A stretch of DNA of 56,898 nt from Minisyncoccia bacterium (lineage in GTDB: Bacteria; Patescibacteriota; Minisyncoccia; UBA6257): assembly GCA_049967535.1 (NCBI GenBank), contig JBMFSN010000002.1, positions 1-56,898 on the forward strand. Reading direction: 5' to 3'. Positions 17,680 to 28,800 of this stretch are shown piece after piece (positions within the stretch are counted from its first letter, which is position 1; each line of letters starts with the position of its first letter). The notes beneath the pieces were generated by a model. That model saw only the letters and a list, made by a program, of their open reading frames with translations, was not told where the DNA came from and did not search any database. The translations under genes were made by a program, and so were the position numbers.

Positions 17680-17895
17680 TTATAAAAGTCCCTGTTTCTT
17701 TTTTTCTTCTATGGTTTTTTGCACTTGAAGACGGTGAAGGGCAGATAATTTTTTGCTTCTTATATTTTGAGTAGGCTGACGAAATTTCTTTTTTCGAGCC
17801 TCAATCAAAACACCGCTCCGATTAATAATTTTTGATGAGCGATTCAAAAAACTAGTTATATTTTCCCCTTTTCTTCTTCTAATAGTAATAGACAT
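17680..17895 (-). CDS. rpsU: 30S ribosomal protein S21
   Basis: Small basic protein; the RRFKRKV-like pattern (FLNRSSKIINRSGVLIEARKKKFRQPTQNIRSKK) is typical of S21. Confidence 0.8.
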   Translation of the reverse strand: MSITIRRRKGENITSFLNRSSKIINRSGVLIEARKKKFRQPTQNIRSKKLSALHRLQVQKTIEEKKKQGLL

Positions 17896-17905
17896 ACCAA
17901 TATTT

Positions 17906-19225
17906 TTAAGATTTTAAACGTTTTTTTAACTCCTCGACAATTTTGCCAAGAGGAATTGTTTCTTGAAGACCAGAGGTCATCTCTTTTAGTATTATCATAC
18001 CATTAATCATCTCTTCTTGTCCAAGAATCAAAGCATAAGGTACTTTTAATCTATCGGCATTTTTCATTTGGGTATTAATACCATCTTTTTCTAGATTGGA
18101 TTCTGCTAAGATATTGGCTTTTCTGAGGTGCTCTAAAAGGGCAAAGGCTTGTTTTTTGGCTGCATCCCCAATTTGAACGACAAAAACCTGAGGTTTATTT
18201 ATTTCTAATTTAATCTTTTTTAATTTTAATTCTTCCATCAATCGTTCCACTCCAAAGGCCACTCCTACAGCTGGTCTATCTAATCCTCCCAAAAGTTTTA
18301 CTAGATAATCATATCTTCCTCCCCCGGCCAAAGAAAGAGTATTCTCTTTATTTTTAGTTTTGATTTCAAAAACTGTTCGACTATAATAATCTAACCCCCT
18401 GACTAATGTTTTATCCAAAACATAAGATACCCCCACATAATCTAAAACATCTAAGACAGTTTTAAAATGGGTCTTACAATCATTACATAAATAATCTACA
18501 AAACTAGGAGCTCCTTCTTTTACTTTTTGGCACTGGGAATTTTTGCAATCCAAAACTCTTAGGGGGTTGGTTTTTAATCTTTTTTGGCAATCTTTACAAA
18601 TTTCTTTTTCATGTTGATAATAATATTTTACAAGAGCCCTTAAATAAATAGCTCGGCATCTATTACAACCAATGCTATTGAGATGAACTTCAAGTTCATT
18701 TTGTGAAAAGCCTAAATTTTCTAAAAAAACTCTACTGGCAATAATAATTTCAGCATCTAGAGCAGGAGAAGCGTCTCCAATCGCTTCTAAATTTAATTGA
18801 TAAAATTGGCGATAACGGCCAGCCTGAGGTTTTTCATGGCGAAAATTGGGCCCAAAAGAAAATAGTTTGACTGGCTGAGGCCAATTAAACATGCCATTTT
18901 CTACATAAGCCCTTACTACTCCAGCAGTATATTCTGGCCGTAAAGCCAAAAATTCTCCCTCCTCTTTAGTTTTTAAAGTGTACATTTCTTTTTCCACAAT
19001 GTCTGTCTCATTACCAATCCCTTTATTATATAACTCTGCTTTTTCTAAAATAGGAGGCTCAAATCTTTGAAAACCATAAAACTTAAGAGTCTTTTCAGCT
19101 GTTCCTAAAATATAATTATAATAAGGAAAATCTTCTGGTAAAATATCTTTCATCCCGCGAGGGGTTTGCAAAAGATGACGTTTATTAACTCTTTTAACAG
19201 GCTTTTGATTGTTTTTATTTGGCAT
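17906..19225 (-). CDS. hisS: Histidyl-tRNA synthetase
   Basis: Class II motifs (LRPEYTAGVVR, RYRQFYQLNLE, GGGRYD, AVGVAFGVERL) and a C-terminal anticodon-binding domain. Confidence 0.9.
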   Translation of the reverse strand: MPNKNNQKPVKRVNKRHLLQTPRGMKDILPEDFPYYNYILGTAEKTLKFYGFQRFEPPILEKAELYNKGIGNETDIVEKEMYTLKTKEEGEFLALRPEYTAGVVRAYVENGMFNWPQPVKLFSFGPNFRHEKPQAGRYRQFYQLNLEAIGDASPALDAEIIIASRVFLENLGFSQNELEVHLNSIGCNRCRAIYLRALVKYYYQHEKEICKDCQKRLKTNPLRVLDCKNSQCQKVKEGAPSFVDYLCNDCKTHFKTVLDVLDYVGVSYVLDKTLVRGLDYYSRTVFEIKTKNKENTLSLAGGGRYDYLVKLLGGLDRPAVGVAFGVERLMEELKLKKIKLEINKPQVFVVQIGDAAKKQAFALLEHLRKANILAESNLEKDGINTQMKNADRLKVPYALILGQEEMINGMIILKEMTSGLQETIPLGKIVEELKKRLKS

Positions 19226-19769
19226 AGAACATATTATTATAGGTAGGAAACACCGCTAAATGGTTTAAAGGCCAAAGCCTTAACCAAACCCTACCCACAA
19301 TTAATTTTTTATCAAAAGGGCCCCAATTGCGAGAATCATAGGAAGCTACTCTATTATCCCCTAAAACAAAATATTGGTTTGACCCTAAAGTAATAGAAAG
19401 ATTACTAGAAGTTATCGTGCCGGCTGGTAAAAAATCTTCTTTTAACTCAAATTCTTGGCCAGAAGGTTCAACAATAGATACCTGACCATTGTTAATTTTT
19501 ACTGTTTCGTTGGGTAAGCCAATAATTCTTTTTATATAATACTGATCTGAGTGGTTGGGAGCATGTAAAACAATTACTTCAAAACGATTAGGACTACGAA
19601 AATGATAAGAAAGTTCATCAATAATAAGATAATCTTGAGTATAAAATGTCGGTTCCATGCTGCTACCATGCACAATAAAGGGTTGAATTACAAAGTATCT
19701 AATAGGTAAAACAATCAAAAGAGCAATAATAACCATCTCTACATTTTCCCATAAAATCTTTTTCCACAT
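19215..19769 (-). CDS. lepB: Signal peptidase I
   Basis: N-terminal TM, catalytic GSSMEPT, YIKRIIGLPNE, GDNRVASYDSR. Confidence 0.9.
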   Translation of the reverse strand: MWKKILWENVEMVIIALLIVLPIRYFVIQPFIVHGSSMEPTFYTQDYLIIDELSYHFRSPNRFEVIVLHAPNHSDQYYIKRIIGLPNETVKINNGQVSIVEPSGQEFELKEDFLPAGTITSSNLSITLGSNQYFVLGDNRVASYDSRNWGPFDKKLIVGRVWLRLWPLNHLAVFPTYNNMFYAK

Positions 19770-19841
19770 AAAAAATATAACTTAAAGTTTAAAAATCATA
19801 CCACAGAAATTGATGAAAATCAAATTTTCTGCTAAATTAAG

Positions 19842-20861
19842 ATGATAGCAAATAATATGTTTTCTAGATTTCGAGGAATTATTTTAATTACTTTAGCCGG
19901 CTTGTCTTTAGCTGCTTTTTTGGTTTGGGGCATTAATCATCCTTTTGAAATAGCCATTCAAAATAATACACAAAATACTAAGGCTAATATAAGTATAACA
20001 GCTCAAGAGCCAATGAATATTTTGCTTTTAGGAGTGGTGGGCGATGGCTATAGGGGCGCCTTATTAACAGACACTATTTTTCTTACCCATCTTGATTTTA
20101 AGACAAATAAAGTATCTCTTCTTTCTATCCCGAGAGATTTGTGGGTTCAAGTTCCCGGCACTAATCAAAATGAAAAAATTAATGCCTTATATTCTTTAAG
20201 CAATAAAAATAAAACTAGTTTTTTAAAAGCTACTAATTATAATTTAATTCAAAATAAAATAGAGCAGATTACTGGTTTGCCAGTAAACTATGTGGTCATT
20301 TTTGATTTAGCAGGTTTCGGTCAATTAGTAGATGCTATTGGTGGTATTAATATTTATTTAAGTAAAGAAATGATTGACCCTCGTTTTACTAATCCCCATG
20401 ATTCTTCTTCGATTTTTGATCTTACTCCTGGCTGGCATTATCTGGACGGAACAACAGCAATAAAATTTGTAAGAACCCGCTATGCTCCTAATGGCGATTT
20501 TTACCGAATTGATAATCAACATCTTATTATTGCTGCTTTAAAAGAAAAAATTGCTCAATTATCTAGTGTCTGGAACTTAATGGCTTGGTTTAAAATTTAC
20601 CAATCAATTTCTAATCACTATATTACTAATTTAGATTTCGATACTTTATGGAATTTATTAAATTTTGTTCGCAATATTAAATCCAACCAAATTCAATATT
20701 TTAGTTTAACCAATCAAGCTCCTAATAATTTACTAATCAGTTCCTCTGTGGAAGGAATGTTTAATAATGCCACTACAAGCGTGTATATTCTTTTACCTAA
20801 AGAAGGATTTGAACAATACAATTCTATCCAAAATTATATAAAAACTAATTTTAATGACTAA
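19842..20861 (+). CDS. LytR-CpsA-Psr (LCP) family cell-envelope transferase
   Basis: N-terminal TM, LLGVVGDGYRGALLTDTIFLTHL, SIPRDLWVQVPG, and FVRTRYAPNGDFYRIDNQ, typical of LCP. Confidence 0.8.
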   Translation: MIANNMFSRFRGIILITLAGLSLAAFLVWGINHPFEIAIQNNTQNTKANISITAQEPMNILLLGVVGDGYRGALLTDTIFLTHLDFKTNKVSLLSIPRDLWVQVPGTNQNEKINALYSLSNKNKTSFLKATNYNLIQNKIEQITGLPVNYVVIFDLAGFGQLVDAIGGINIYLSKEMIDPRFTNPHDSSSIFDLTPGWHYLDGTTAIKFVRTRYAPNGDFYRIDNQHLIIAALKEKIAQLSSVWNLMAWFKIYQSISNHYITNLDFDTLWNLLNFVRNIKSNQIQYFSLTNQAPNNLLISSSVEGMFNNATTSVYILLPKEGFEQYNSIQNYIKTNFND

Positions 20862-21399
20862 AAAATTTTTACTTATAGGGCTTGGCAATCCCGGCTCTTT
20901 ATACCAGAACACTCGTCATAATATTGGCCAAACTTTTCTTTCTTGGTTTAAAGACCAAGTTTCTGCTTCCCTTTTTAAGAAAGATAGTAAAAACATGGCC
21001 CAAATTAGCTTTTTAATAAATGAAAACAAAGCCCTTATTTTAGCCTTGCCTTTGGTTTTTATGAATGAAAGCGGCAAAGTTGTAAAAAAATTAGTTGAAT
21101 CTTATCACCTACCGCCGGAAAATATTATTATTATTCATGATGACAATGATTTAATGGTTGGCCATTTCAAAATAAGTTTTAATCGTGGTTCGGCTGGACA
21201 TAAAGGAGTAGAATCTATTATTAACCATTTAAAGACTAAACAATTCTATCGTTTAAGAATTGGCATTCATCCTCTGAAACCTCAAAGGCAAAAAGCAGGA
21301 GATCTTGTTTTAAAAAAATTCTCCCTAGAAGAGAAAAAAATCATCACTGACAATTTTATTCTCATGAAAAAAGCAGTAGAAGAAAAGTTTCAAAATTAA
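20854..21399 (+). CDS. pth: Peptidyl-tRNA hydrolase
   Basis: LLIGLGNPGSLYQNTRHNIG, MNESGKVV, HDDNDL, GSAGHKG. Overlaps the LCP gene by 8 nt. Confidence 0.9.
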   Translation: MTKKFLLIGLGNPGSLYQNTRHNIGQTFLSWFKDQVSASLFKKDSKNMAQISFLINENKALILALPLVFMNESGKVVKKLVESYHLPPENIIIIHDDNDLMVGHFKISFNRGSAGHKGVESIINHLKTKQFYRLRIGIHPLKPQRQKAGDLVLKKFSLEEKKIITDNFILMKKAVEEKFQN

Positions 21400-21423
21400 C
21401 ATCTTGCGCGTTTTTAGTTTTAA

Positions 21424-21540
21424 GGCTCGTATGTTGTCACAAAAATACGCTCTCGATCCCCCCAGCGAGGAGCTTGCGCGAGTCCAAAATTCTCGCTGGG
21501 AATTTTGGGCGTTTTCGAAAGGTATATATCTCCGAGCGAC
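21424..21540. repeat. GC-rich modular palindromic element, copy A
   Basis: GC-rich island between convergent genes. It shares more than 60 nt of near-identical sequence (in reverse complement) with 56738-56811, and shares its left module with 46825-46873. Contains the inverted repeat CCCAGCGAGG / TCTCGCTGGG. Confidence 0.8.
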
Positions 21541-21542
21541 TG

Positions 21543-22160
21543 CTAAACAAAATACAAAATTAAATATTCCAAAACCAAAATCAAGCTCCCAAATTGCAAG
21601 CTATTTAAAGAAAGATAAGTTAATAACCAGTAAACTTCTAAATTCAGCAAAATAAACACTCCATAGTTTAAAGACATCTTTTTCTCCCTCATCATAAAAT
21701 CGAAGTAAGAAATAACTAAGAGCCCAAATAGATAAATAAGAAAACTGAGAAAAAAGGGCCAATTAAGAAAAAAGTATAAGCCATATGACATTAAAATCCA
21801 ACCAGTGGTTAAAAAATAAGATAACCATTGATTAGATTTTGTTTCTAAAATAAGTTTTCTAAAAACAAGAACAAGAAAAATCAACGCGAGAACAATAGAA
21901 ACCATTAAATTTAACCATAACACCAATATTTTTAACTCAAAAAGTCCTAATAGAAGATAGATAAAATTTAACCAAGACATTCCTCTAAAAAATTTCCATA
22001 TCAATATATATATCAAAAAGACGGTTAGGCTAAAAAAAGTGTTTTTAAGAAAGAAAAGACAAAATAAAAAAACAAAAGAAAAAACAGAATAAAATAAAAT
22101 ATTCCTCAATGAGAAAGAAGAGATAAAATCTTTTAATTGCTCCAGAAATTTTTTAATCAT
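21543..22160 (-). CDS. Polytopic membrane protein, function unknown
   Basis: ORF track; about six hydrophobic helices. Its start overlaps the clpB stop by 8 nt. Confidence 0.6.
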   Translation of the reverse strand: MIKKFLEQLKDFISSFSLRNILFYSVFSFVFLFCLFFLKNTFFSLTVFLIYILIWKFFRGMSWLNFIYLLLGLFELKILVLWLNLMVSIVLALIFLVLVFRKLILETKSNQWLSYFLTTGWILMSYGLYFFLNWPFFLSFLIYLFGLLVISYFDFMMREKKMSLNYGVFILLNLEVYWLLTYLSLNSLQFGSLILVLEYLILYFV

Positions 22161-24810
22161 GAGAGGACTTTAAAACCAATTCTTTTTCGTTGCTCTTAGC
22201 TTCTTTAACACTTACGATGATATGTTTTTTCCCTTTTATTTCGCCATTCATAATTTTTTCAGCTAAAGGATCAAGAATTTCTCTTTCTATTAATCTTTTA
22301 AGAGGACGAGCTCCATAATTAGGATCATACCCTTTTTGGGCCAAATAATTTTTTGCCTCATGGGTTAATTCTAAAGAAATATTTTTACTAATTAATCGTT
22401 CTCTTATTTTATTTAGTTGAAGTTCGACTATCGTCTCAATCTCTTTGGGTGTTAAGGGATTAAAAATAATAATTTCATCAATTCTATTTAAAAATTCTGG
22501 TCGGAAATAATCTCTTAGAGCATCCATGATTTTGGTTTTAAGATTATCTTTCTGGGCTTTCAACTCAGCCGTTTTTTCATAATGGAAACCTAAAGAAGCC
22601 ATTTCCCTAATATATTCCCCTCCTAAATTAGAGGTCATAATAATAATAGTGTTCTTGAAATTCACTGTTCTTCCTTTGCCATCAGTTAATCTACCATTAT
22701 CTAAAATTTGGAGCAAAATATTAAAAACTTCTGGATGAGCTTTTTCAATTTCATCAAAAAGAATCAAACTATAGGGGCGATGTTTGACTATTTCTGTTAA
22801 TTGTCCTCCTTCTTCATAACCCACATAACCAGGAGGAGAACCAATTAAACGGCTTACGGTATGCTTTTCCATATATTCCGACATATCAATGCGAATCATT
22901 GCTTTTTCGTCAGAAAACATAAATTCTGCTAAAGCCTTAGCTAATTCAGTTTTACCAACACCAGTGGGTCCTAAAAACATAAAAGAGCCGATAGGCCTAT
23001 CCTCCTCAGAAATACCTGCCCGTGCTCTTCTAATGGCCCGGCTAATAGCTTGAATAGCTTCTTTTTGGCCCACTACTCTTCGAGTTAAAGCTTCTTCCAT
23101 CCTGGCTAATTTCTTACTTTCATCTTCTAGCATCTCTGTTACTGGAATGCCAGTCCAGCGTGATACTACCTGGGCAACATCTTCACTGGTAACTTCTTCT
23201 TTTAAGAATCTTTCTTTGGAAGGAATTCTATTAAGAGTTTTTTCTTTAGTTTTTAATTCTTTCTCTAGCTGAGGAATTTGCCCATAAATTAATTCTGCTA
23301 CTTTCTCCAAGTTCCCGTTTCTTTCTTCCTCTTGGGCCTCTCTTTTTAATTCCTCAATATTTTTTTTCAGTTGGCTAATTGCATTAAAAATTTCTTTTTC
23401 TTTCTGCCAAGAAGAATTAATTTCTTGATATTTTTTCTTCAGTTTTTTTATTTCACTTTCTATCTCTTTAGAGCGATTTTTCACTATTAATTTATCCTGA
23501 TCATTTTCCTTTTTTAAAACTTCTCTTTCTAATTCTAAAGATTTTATCTTTTTTTCTAATTCTGTCACATTCAACGGAGTGCTCCCAATAGTTAAACTTA
23601 AAGCAGAAGCTGCTTCATCAATTAAATCTATCGCTTTATCTGGCAAAAAACGAGAAGTAATATAACGGCTAGATAATTGGACAGCTGTCACCAGGGCTTC
23701 ATCGGATATTTTTAAACCATGATGGGCTTCATATTTACTTTTCAGTCCTCTTAAAATATTAATTGCTTGCTCTTGAGTTGGCTCTTCTACAATAATGGGT
23801 TGGAATCTTCTTTCGAGAGCAGGATCTTTTTCAATAGACTCCCGAAAATCTTTATAAGTCGTGGTGCCAATAACACGTAATTCTCCCCTCGCTAAAGCAG
23901 GTTTTAGAAGATTAGAGGCATCAATGGCTCCCTCTGCCGCCCCTGCCCCTACTAAAGTATGAATTTCATCAATAAAGGTAATAATATTTCCATCTTTTTG
24001 GATTTCTTTTAAAACCTTCTTTAACCTCTCTTCAAATTCTCCTCTAAATCTTGTTCCGGCAATTAAAGACCCAATATCCAAAGAAATAATTTTTTTATTT
24101 TTTAAGCTTTCCGGAACTTCCCCTTTAGCAATTTCTTGAGCTAATCCTTCTACAATAGCAGTTTTACCTACCCCTGCTTCACCAATAAGAATAGGGTTAT
24201 TTTTAGTTCGGCGAGAGAGAATCTGCATCACTCGACGTAATTCTTCATCTCGGCCAATCACTGGGTCTAATTTATTTTCTTTGGCTAAAACTACTAAATC
24301 CTGGCTATATTTTTCTAAAATATTGCCACTGGGCTCTTGAAATTCATCAGTTATTTTTTCTCCCTGTTGATAATCTGCTAAGGCTTTTAAGTATGCCTCC
24401 TTGTCAAGAGAATATTTATTTAAAATGTCGTTGCTTGAATTTTTGCTTATTAAAATACCATAGAATAAATAAGGAGGAGAAACGAATTCATTTTTATCTT
24501 CAAGAGATTTTTTAGAAGCTAAATCAATAATTTGAATCATTTCAGGAGATAAAAACATTTGACCTGTATTTTCTCCGGAAACAAAAATTCTAGGTAATTT
24601 AATAATTTCTCCCATCAAGTCTTTTAATAAGGCATCTATGTCTATAGAAAAACTTTTACTTAAAATATCTCTTACTGAAGAGTCCTCTTCATCTAAAAGA
24701 GTATATAAAAGATGAAGGGCCCTCATCTCCCCCTGGTGTCTTTCCCAGGCCATCTGCTGAGCTCTTTCTAAAGCCGCCTGAGCTTTATTAGTAAATTTAG
24801 CAAAAGGCAT
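22153..24810 (-). CDS. clpB: Chaperone disaggregase ClpB
   Basis: Clp N-domain; D1 [15 protein letters not shown] / [12 protein letters not shown]; a long coiled-coil M-domain; D2 [15 protein letters not shown] / [11 protein letters not shown]; GARPLKR. Confidence 0.95.
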   Translation of the reverse strand: MPFAKFTNKAQAALERAQQMAWERHQGEMRALHLLYTLLDEEDSSVRDILSKSFSIDIDALLKDLMGEIIKLPRIFVSGENTGQMFLSPEMIQIIDLASKKSLEDKNEFVSPPYLFYGILISKNSSNDILNKYSLDKEAYLKALADYQQGEKITDEFQEPSGNILEKYSQDLVVLAKENKLDPVIGRDEELRRVMQILSRRTKNNPILIGEAGVGKTAIVEGLAQEIAKGEVPESLKNKKIISLDIGSLIAGTRFRGEFEERLKKVLKEIQKDGNIITFIDEIHTLVGAGAAEGAIDASNLLKPALARGELRVIGTTTYKDFRESIEKDPALERRFQPIIVEEPTQEQAINILRGLKSKYEAHHGLKISDEALVTAVQLSSRYITSRFLPDKAIDLIDEAASALSLTIGSTPLNVTELEKKIKSLELEREVLKKENDQDKLIVKNRSKEIESEIKKLKKKYQEINSSWQKEKEIFNAISQLKKNIEELKREAQEEERNGNLEKVAELIYGQIPQLEKELKTKEKTLNRIPSKERFLKEEVTSEDVAQVVSRWTGIPVTEMLEDESKKLARMEEALTRRVVGQKEAIQAISRAIRRARAGISEEDRPIGSFMFLGPTGVGKTELAKALAEFMFSDEKAMIRIDMSEYMEKHTVSRLIGSPPGYVGYEEGGQLTEIVKHRPYSLILFDEIEKAHPEVFNILLQILDNGRLTDGKGRTVNFKNTIIIMTSNLGGEYIREMASLGFHYEKTAELKAQKDNLKTKIMDALRDYFRPEFLNRIDEIIIFNPLTPKEIETIVELQLNKIRERLISKNISLELTHEAKNYLAQKGYDPNYGARPLKRLIEREILDPLAEKIMNGEIKGKKHIIVSVKEAKSNEKELVLKSSHD

Positions 24811-24873
24811 AATAATATAATTAAAAAATTACTATTTGAGATTATAGCATAAAATTTCACGATTGAAAATATT

Positions 24874-25590
24874 TTATCGACCGAATCGCCTTTGGCGTAT
24901 TTGAAATTCTTCTAAAGCTAAATCGAATTGATGAGTATCAAAATCTGGCCAATATACTTTAGGAAAATACAATTCTGCGTAAGTACTTTGCAAGGGAAGA
25001 AAATTAGACATTCTCATTTCGCCAGAAGTTCTGATAACAAAATCTACATCCGGCAACCCTTTTGTGTCTAAATGTTTCATTATTATCTGCTCAGTTATTT
25101 GGTTAAAAGGAATTTTATTTTGAATTATCTTTTTTACTGCTCGGGTAATTTCATCTCTTCCTCCGTAATTTAGAGCAATATTAAGAATCATTTCGTGGTT
25201 ATTTTTTGTTTTTTGACAGGCATAACGAATATTTTTTTGCAAAAATTTAGGTAAGCCTTTTATGTCGCCAAGATGACGAAATTGAATCCCTTGTTTATCA
25301 AACTGAGAAGCATATTTTTGAGCAAAAGTAGAAAATAAATTCATTAAATAATTAACTTCCTCTGGCGAACGTTTCCAATTTTCTGTAGAAAAACCATAAA
25401 GAGTTAAAATCTTAATACCTTTTTTCTTCGCGTATTTCACAATTTCTACTACTCTCTTAATTCCGGCTTGATGACCAGCAAAAGAAGGCAAATGTTTTGC
25501 CTTAGCCCAACGACGATTCCCATCAATCATAATTGCCAAATGATAAGGGATTGTCTTAGTGTTTTCTTTTTGTTTGTTTGGAAGGGGCAT
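24874..25590 (-). CDS. uppS: Undecaprenyl diphosphate synthase (cis-prenyltransferase)
   Basis: HLAIMIDGNRRWA, FSTENWKR, IRTSGEMRMSNFLPLQSTYAELYF. Confidence 0.9.
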   Translation of the reverse strand: MPLPNKQKENTKTIPYHLAIMIDGNRRWAKAKHLPSFAGHQAGIKRVVEIVKYAKKKGIKILTLYGFSTENWKRSPEEVNYLMNLFSTFAQKYASQFDKQGIQFRHLGDIKGLPKFLQKNIRYACQKTKNNHEMILNIALNYGGRDEITRAVKKIIQNKIPFNQITEQIIMKHLDTKGLPDVDFVIRTSGEMRMSNFLPLQSTYAELYFPKVYWPDFDTHQFDLALEEFQIRQRRFGR

Positions 25591-25894
25591 GAAATTGATC
25601 GATTTTAAATTTCTTTCTTAAATTAGAACTCATCATTTTAGGGTTCCAAGGAGGATCAAAAGTTAGCTGTAAATCGACTTGACCAAATTTTAAATTAGCT
25701 AATGCTTCTTCTGTTTGCTTTATTAAGAAAGCATTGAAAGGACAAGTAATAGAAGTTAGGGTCATTAAAACCTTAATATTTTTTCTCTTTTCATCAATTT
25801 CTATTTGATAAATTAATCCCAAATCAACTATATTATTGCCCAATTCTGGATCTATTACCTTTTTTAGAGCTTGGAGAACTTTTGTTTTGGTCAT
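25556..25894 (-). CDS. DUF59 / MIP18-family Fe-S cluster assembly protein
   Basis: ALKKVIDPELGNNIVDLGLIY...MTLTSITCP is the typical DUF59 pattern. Its start overlaps the rpoC stop by 4 nt. Confidence 0.7.
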   Translation of the reverse strand: MTKTKVLQALKKVIDPELGNNIVDLGLIYQIEIDEKRKNIKVLMTLTSITCPFNAFLIKQTEEALANLKFGQVDLQLTFDPPWNPKMMSSNLRKKFKIDQFHAPSKQTKRKH

Positions 25895-28800
25895 ACCTTT
25901 GCTATCTTTTTTCGAAAACCAGTACCAGCTGGGATTAATCGGCCAATAATAACATTCTCCTTCAAGCCTCGAAGATGATCTTCTCTAGCCTCGAGAGAAG
26001 CTTTAACCAAAACCCTGGTAGTTTCCTGGAAAGAAGCTGGGGCCAAAACACTAGAAGAAGTTAAGGCAACATTTTTAATACCTAAAACTATTTCCTCTGC
26101 TTGAGGTGGTTTTTTATTTTCTTCCTTCATTTTTTCTACTATCTCTTTAAACATTTCTTTTTCAAGAATTTCTCCCTTAATAAAAGATGAATCACCAGAA
26201 TCAGTCACTCTTACCCGAGAGAACATTTGACGGATAACTACTTCTAAATGTTTGTCGTTAATTTTTTCACCAGCTAAATTATAAACTTTCTTAATTTCTT
26301 TCAAGATATAGTTTTGGGTAGCTTCCTTGCCTAAAATCTTTAGAATTTTTTTGAGATTCAAACTGCCTTCACATAATTGATCACCTTTCTTTACCGGGTC
26401 TCCTCTTTTTACCCAAAGAGTAGCTATTTCTGGAATAGAATATTCTATGAGAGTTAACTCAGCTTTGGTTTTATTTTTAGATACTTTTTTCTTTTCCACA
26501 GGAACATTGGGCTGAATCCTGATAATATTATGATGATTAGAATTTTCAATATCAACAATTGTTCCATCTACTTCACTTATAGGAGCTTCTCCTTTAGGAA
26601 TTCGTGCTTCTAATAATTCCTCTACCCTGGGCAGACCTTGGGTAATATCTACTGCCTGAGCTACTCCTCCAGTATGAAAAGTTCTTAAAGTTAATTGTGT
26701 TCCTGGTTCTCCAATAGCTTGAGCCGCCACTACTCCAATCGCCTCACCTAAATCGATGGGTTTTAACCAAGCTAAGTCTAAACCATAACATTTTTGACAA
26801 ACACCATAAGGGCTCTCGCAGGTCAAAGGAGAACGTACTATAACTTCTTCACATTCCTCTTTAAGTTTTTTAGCCAAAGCATCATCCACTAACTCATTAG
26901 CTTTAAGAATAATCTCGCCTTTTTTATTTAAAGCATCTTGGGCTAAATAACGACCTCGAATTTTTTCTTCAAAATCTTCTCCTGCCTCTTCTACTTCTTT
27001 TTTATTTATTATTAAGCCTTGATGAGTGTGGCAATCTTCTTCTCTTACTAAAATTTCTTGACTCACGTCAACCAAGCGTCTTGTTAAGTAACCGGCAAAG
27101 GAAGTTTTTAAAGCGGTATCAGCTAAACCTTTTCTTCCTCCATGAGAAGCAGCAAAATACTCCAAAACATTAAATCCTTCTTGATGAGAATGTAAAATAG
27201 GAAGATCGATGATTTTACCCGCGGGATTAACCACCAAACCTTTTATCCCCATAATTTGAGTAGCAATACTCCAATCGCCTCCTGCGCCTGAGCTAAAAAT
27301 AATAGAAACAGAGTCTGAGGGCTTTAAAGTTTTTGTCACTAAATCACTAATTTCAGAGACTGCATGGCGCCATTTTTCCTCTGATAAAGATTTTTTCTCG
27401 GCATTGGTTAAAAAACCCTCTTCATATTGAGCATTAATCTCGTTTATTTTTTGATAAGTTTCTTTAATAATTTCTGGTTTTCGAGAAGGAATTGTTAGAT
27501 CAGTGAGACTCCACGTTATTCCAGAAATACTAGCATAATAAAACCCTAATTCCTTAATTTGGTCCAAAATATCAGCACATTTATTAAAGTCTTTATAACG
27601 ATAAATTAAATCACGCGTAATTTTTTTTAATTCTCTTGCTCCTAAAGTTTTATTAATAAATGGAAAATCTTGGGGCAAAATTTGATTAAAAATGATTCTT
27701 CCTGGAGTAGTAATAACAATTTGTCCGGCTTTTTCTTCTTCCTGGGTTGGTTTATCTAAACGCACTTTAATTTTTTCTTGAAAATCAATTTTTTCACTAT
27801 CTAAAGCTAACAAAACTTCCTTAATATCAGAAAATACTTTATATTCTTTTTCTTCCCTTTCTTTATCTCTTTCCATGGTTAACCAATAAACACCCAAAAT
27901 CATATCTTTACGAGGAAGCATAGCAGGATTACCATCAGCTGGTTTTAAAAGTCCAAAGCTAGAAAGCATTCTATTCTGAGCTTCTCTTTGAGCTTCCTCT
28001 GTTAGAGGTAAGTGGACGGCCATTTGATCGCCATCAAAGTCAGCGTTAAAAGGTGGACAAACTAAACCAGGAATTTGAATAGCCAATCCTTCAATTAATT
28101 TAGGTTGAAAAGCCTCAATACTTAAACGGTGCAAAGTAGGAGCTCTGTTCAATAAAACATATTTATCTTTCACCACGGACTCTAAAATTTCCCAAACAAC
28201 ATCCGGCCCTTCTTCGATTAAACGATTAGCTGCTCGAGGATTAAAAACGATTTCTCTTTTCATTAACTCACTAATCACAAAAGGTTTAAATAATTCTAAA
28301 GCCATTTTTTTGGGCAAACCGCATTCATGAATCTTAAGGTCGGGGCCGATAACAATTACAGAACGGCCAGAATAATCAACTCTTTTTCCTAAAAGATTTT
28401 GTCTAAAACGCCCTTGTTTACCTTGTAAAATATCAGCCAAAGAACGAAGTGGTCGGTGTTGAGCAGCATGCATAGGAGAAGAACCAGAAGATTTTCTAAT
28501 AGAATTATCTATTAAAGCATCTACTGCTTCCTGAAGCATGCGTTTTTCATTTTTGATAATTACTTCAGGGGCTTTTAATTCTAATAATTTTTTCAGACGG
28601 TTATTTCTATTAATTACGCGACGATAAAGATCATTTAAATCAGAAGAGGCAAATCTTCCTCCGTCTAACTGAACCATAGGCCTTAGTTCAGGGGGTAAAA
28701 CAGGAAGAACAGTCAAAAACATCCATTCTGGCCTTACTCCTGATTTGATAAGAGAACGCACTAGTTTTAACCTTGCTAAAACTTTTTTATCAGTTTGAGC

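Noticed and set aside
21404-21655. 83-aa plus-strand ORF (MRVFSFKARMLSQKYALDPPSEELARVQNSRWEF...)
   Set aside because: It is read across the GC-rich repeat (copy A) and then overlaps the 3' end of the convergent membrane-protein gene. The same nucleotides recur in the opposite orientation at copy C, and the other copies have stops in the corresponding frame. It is a repeat, not a conserved coding sequence.
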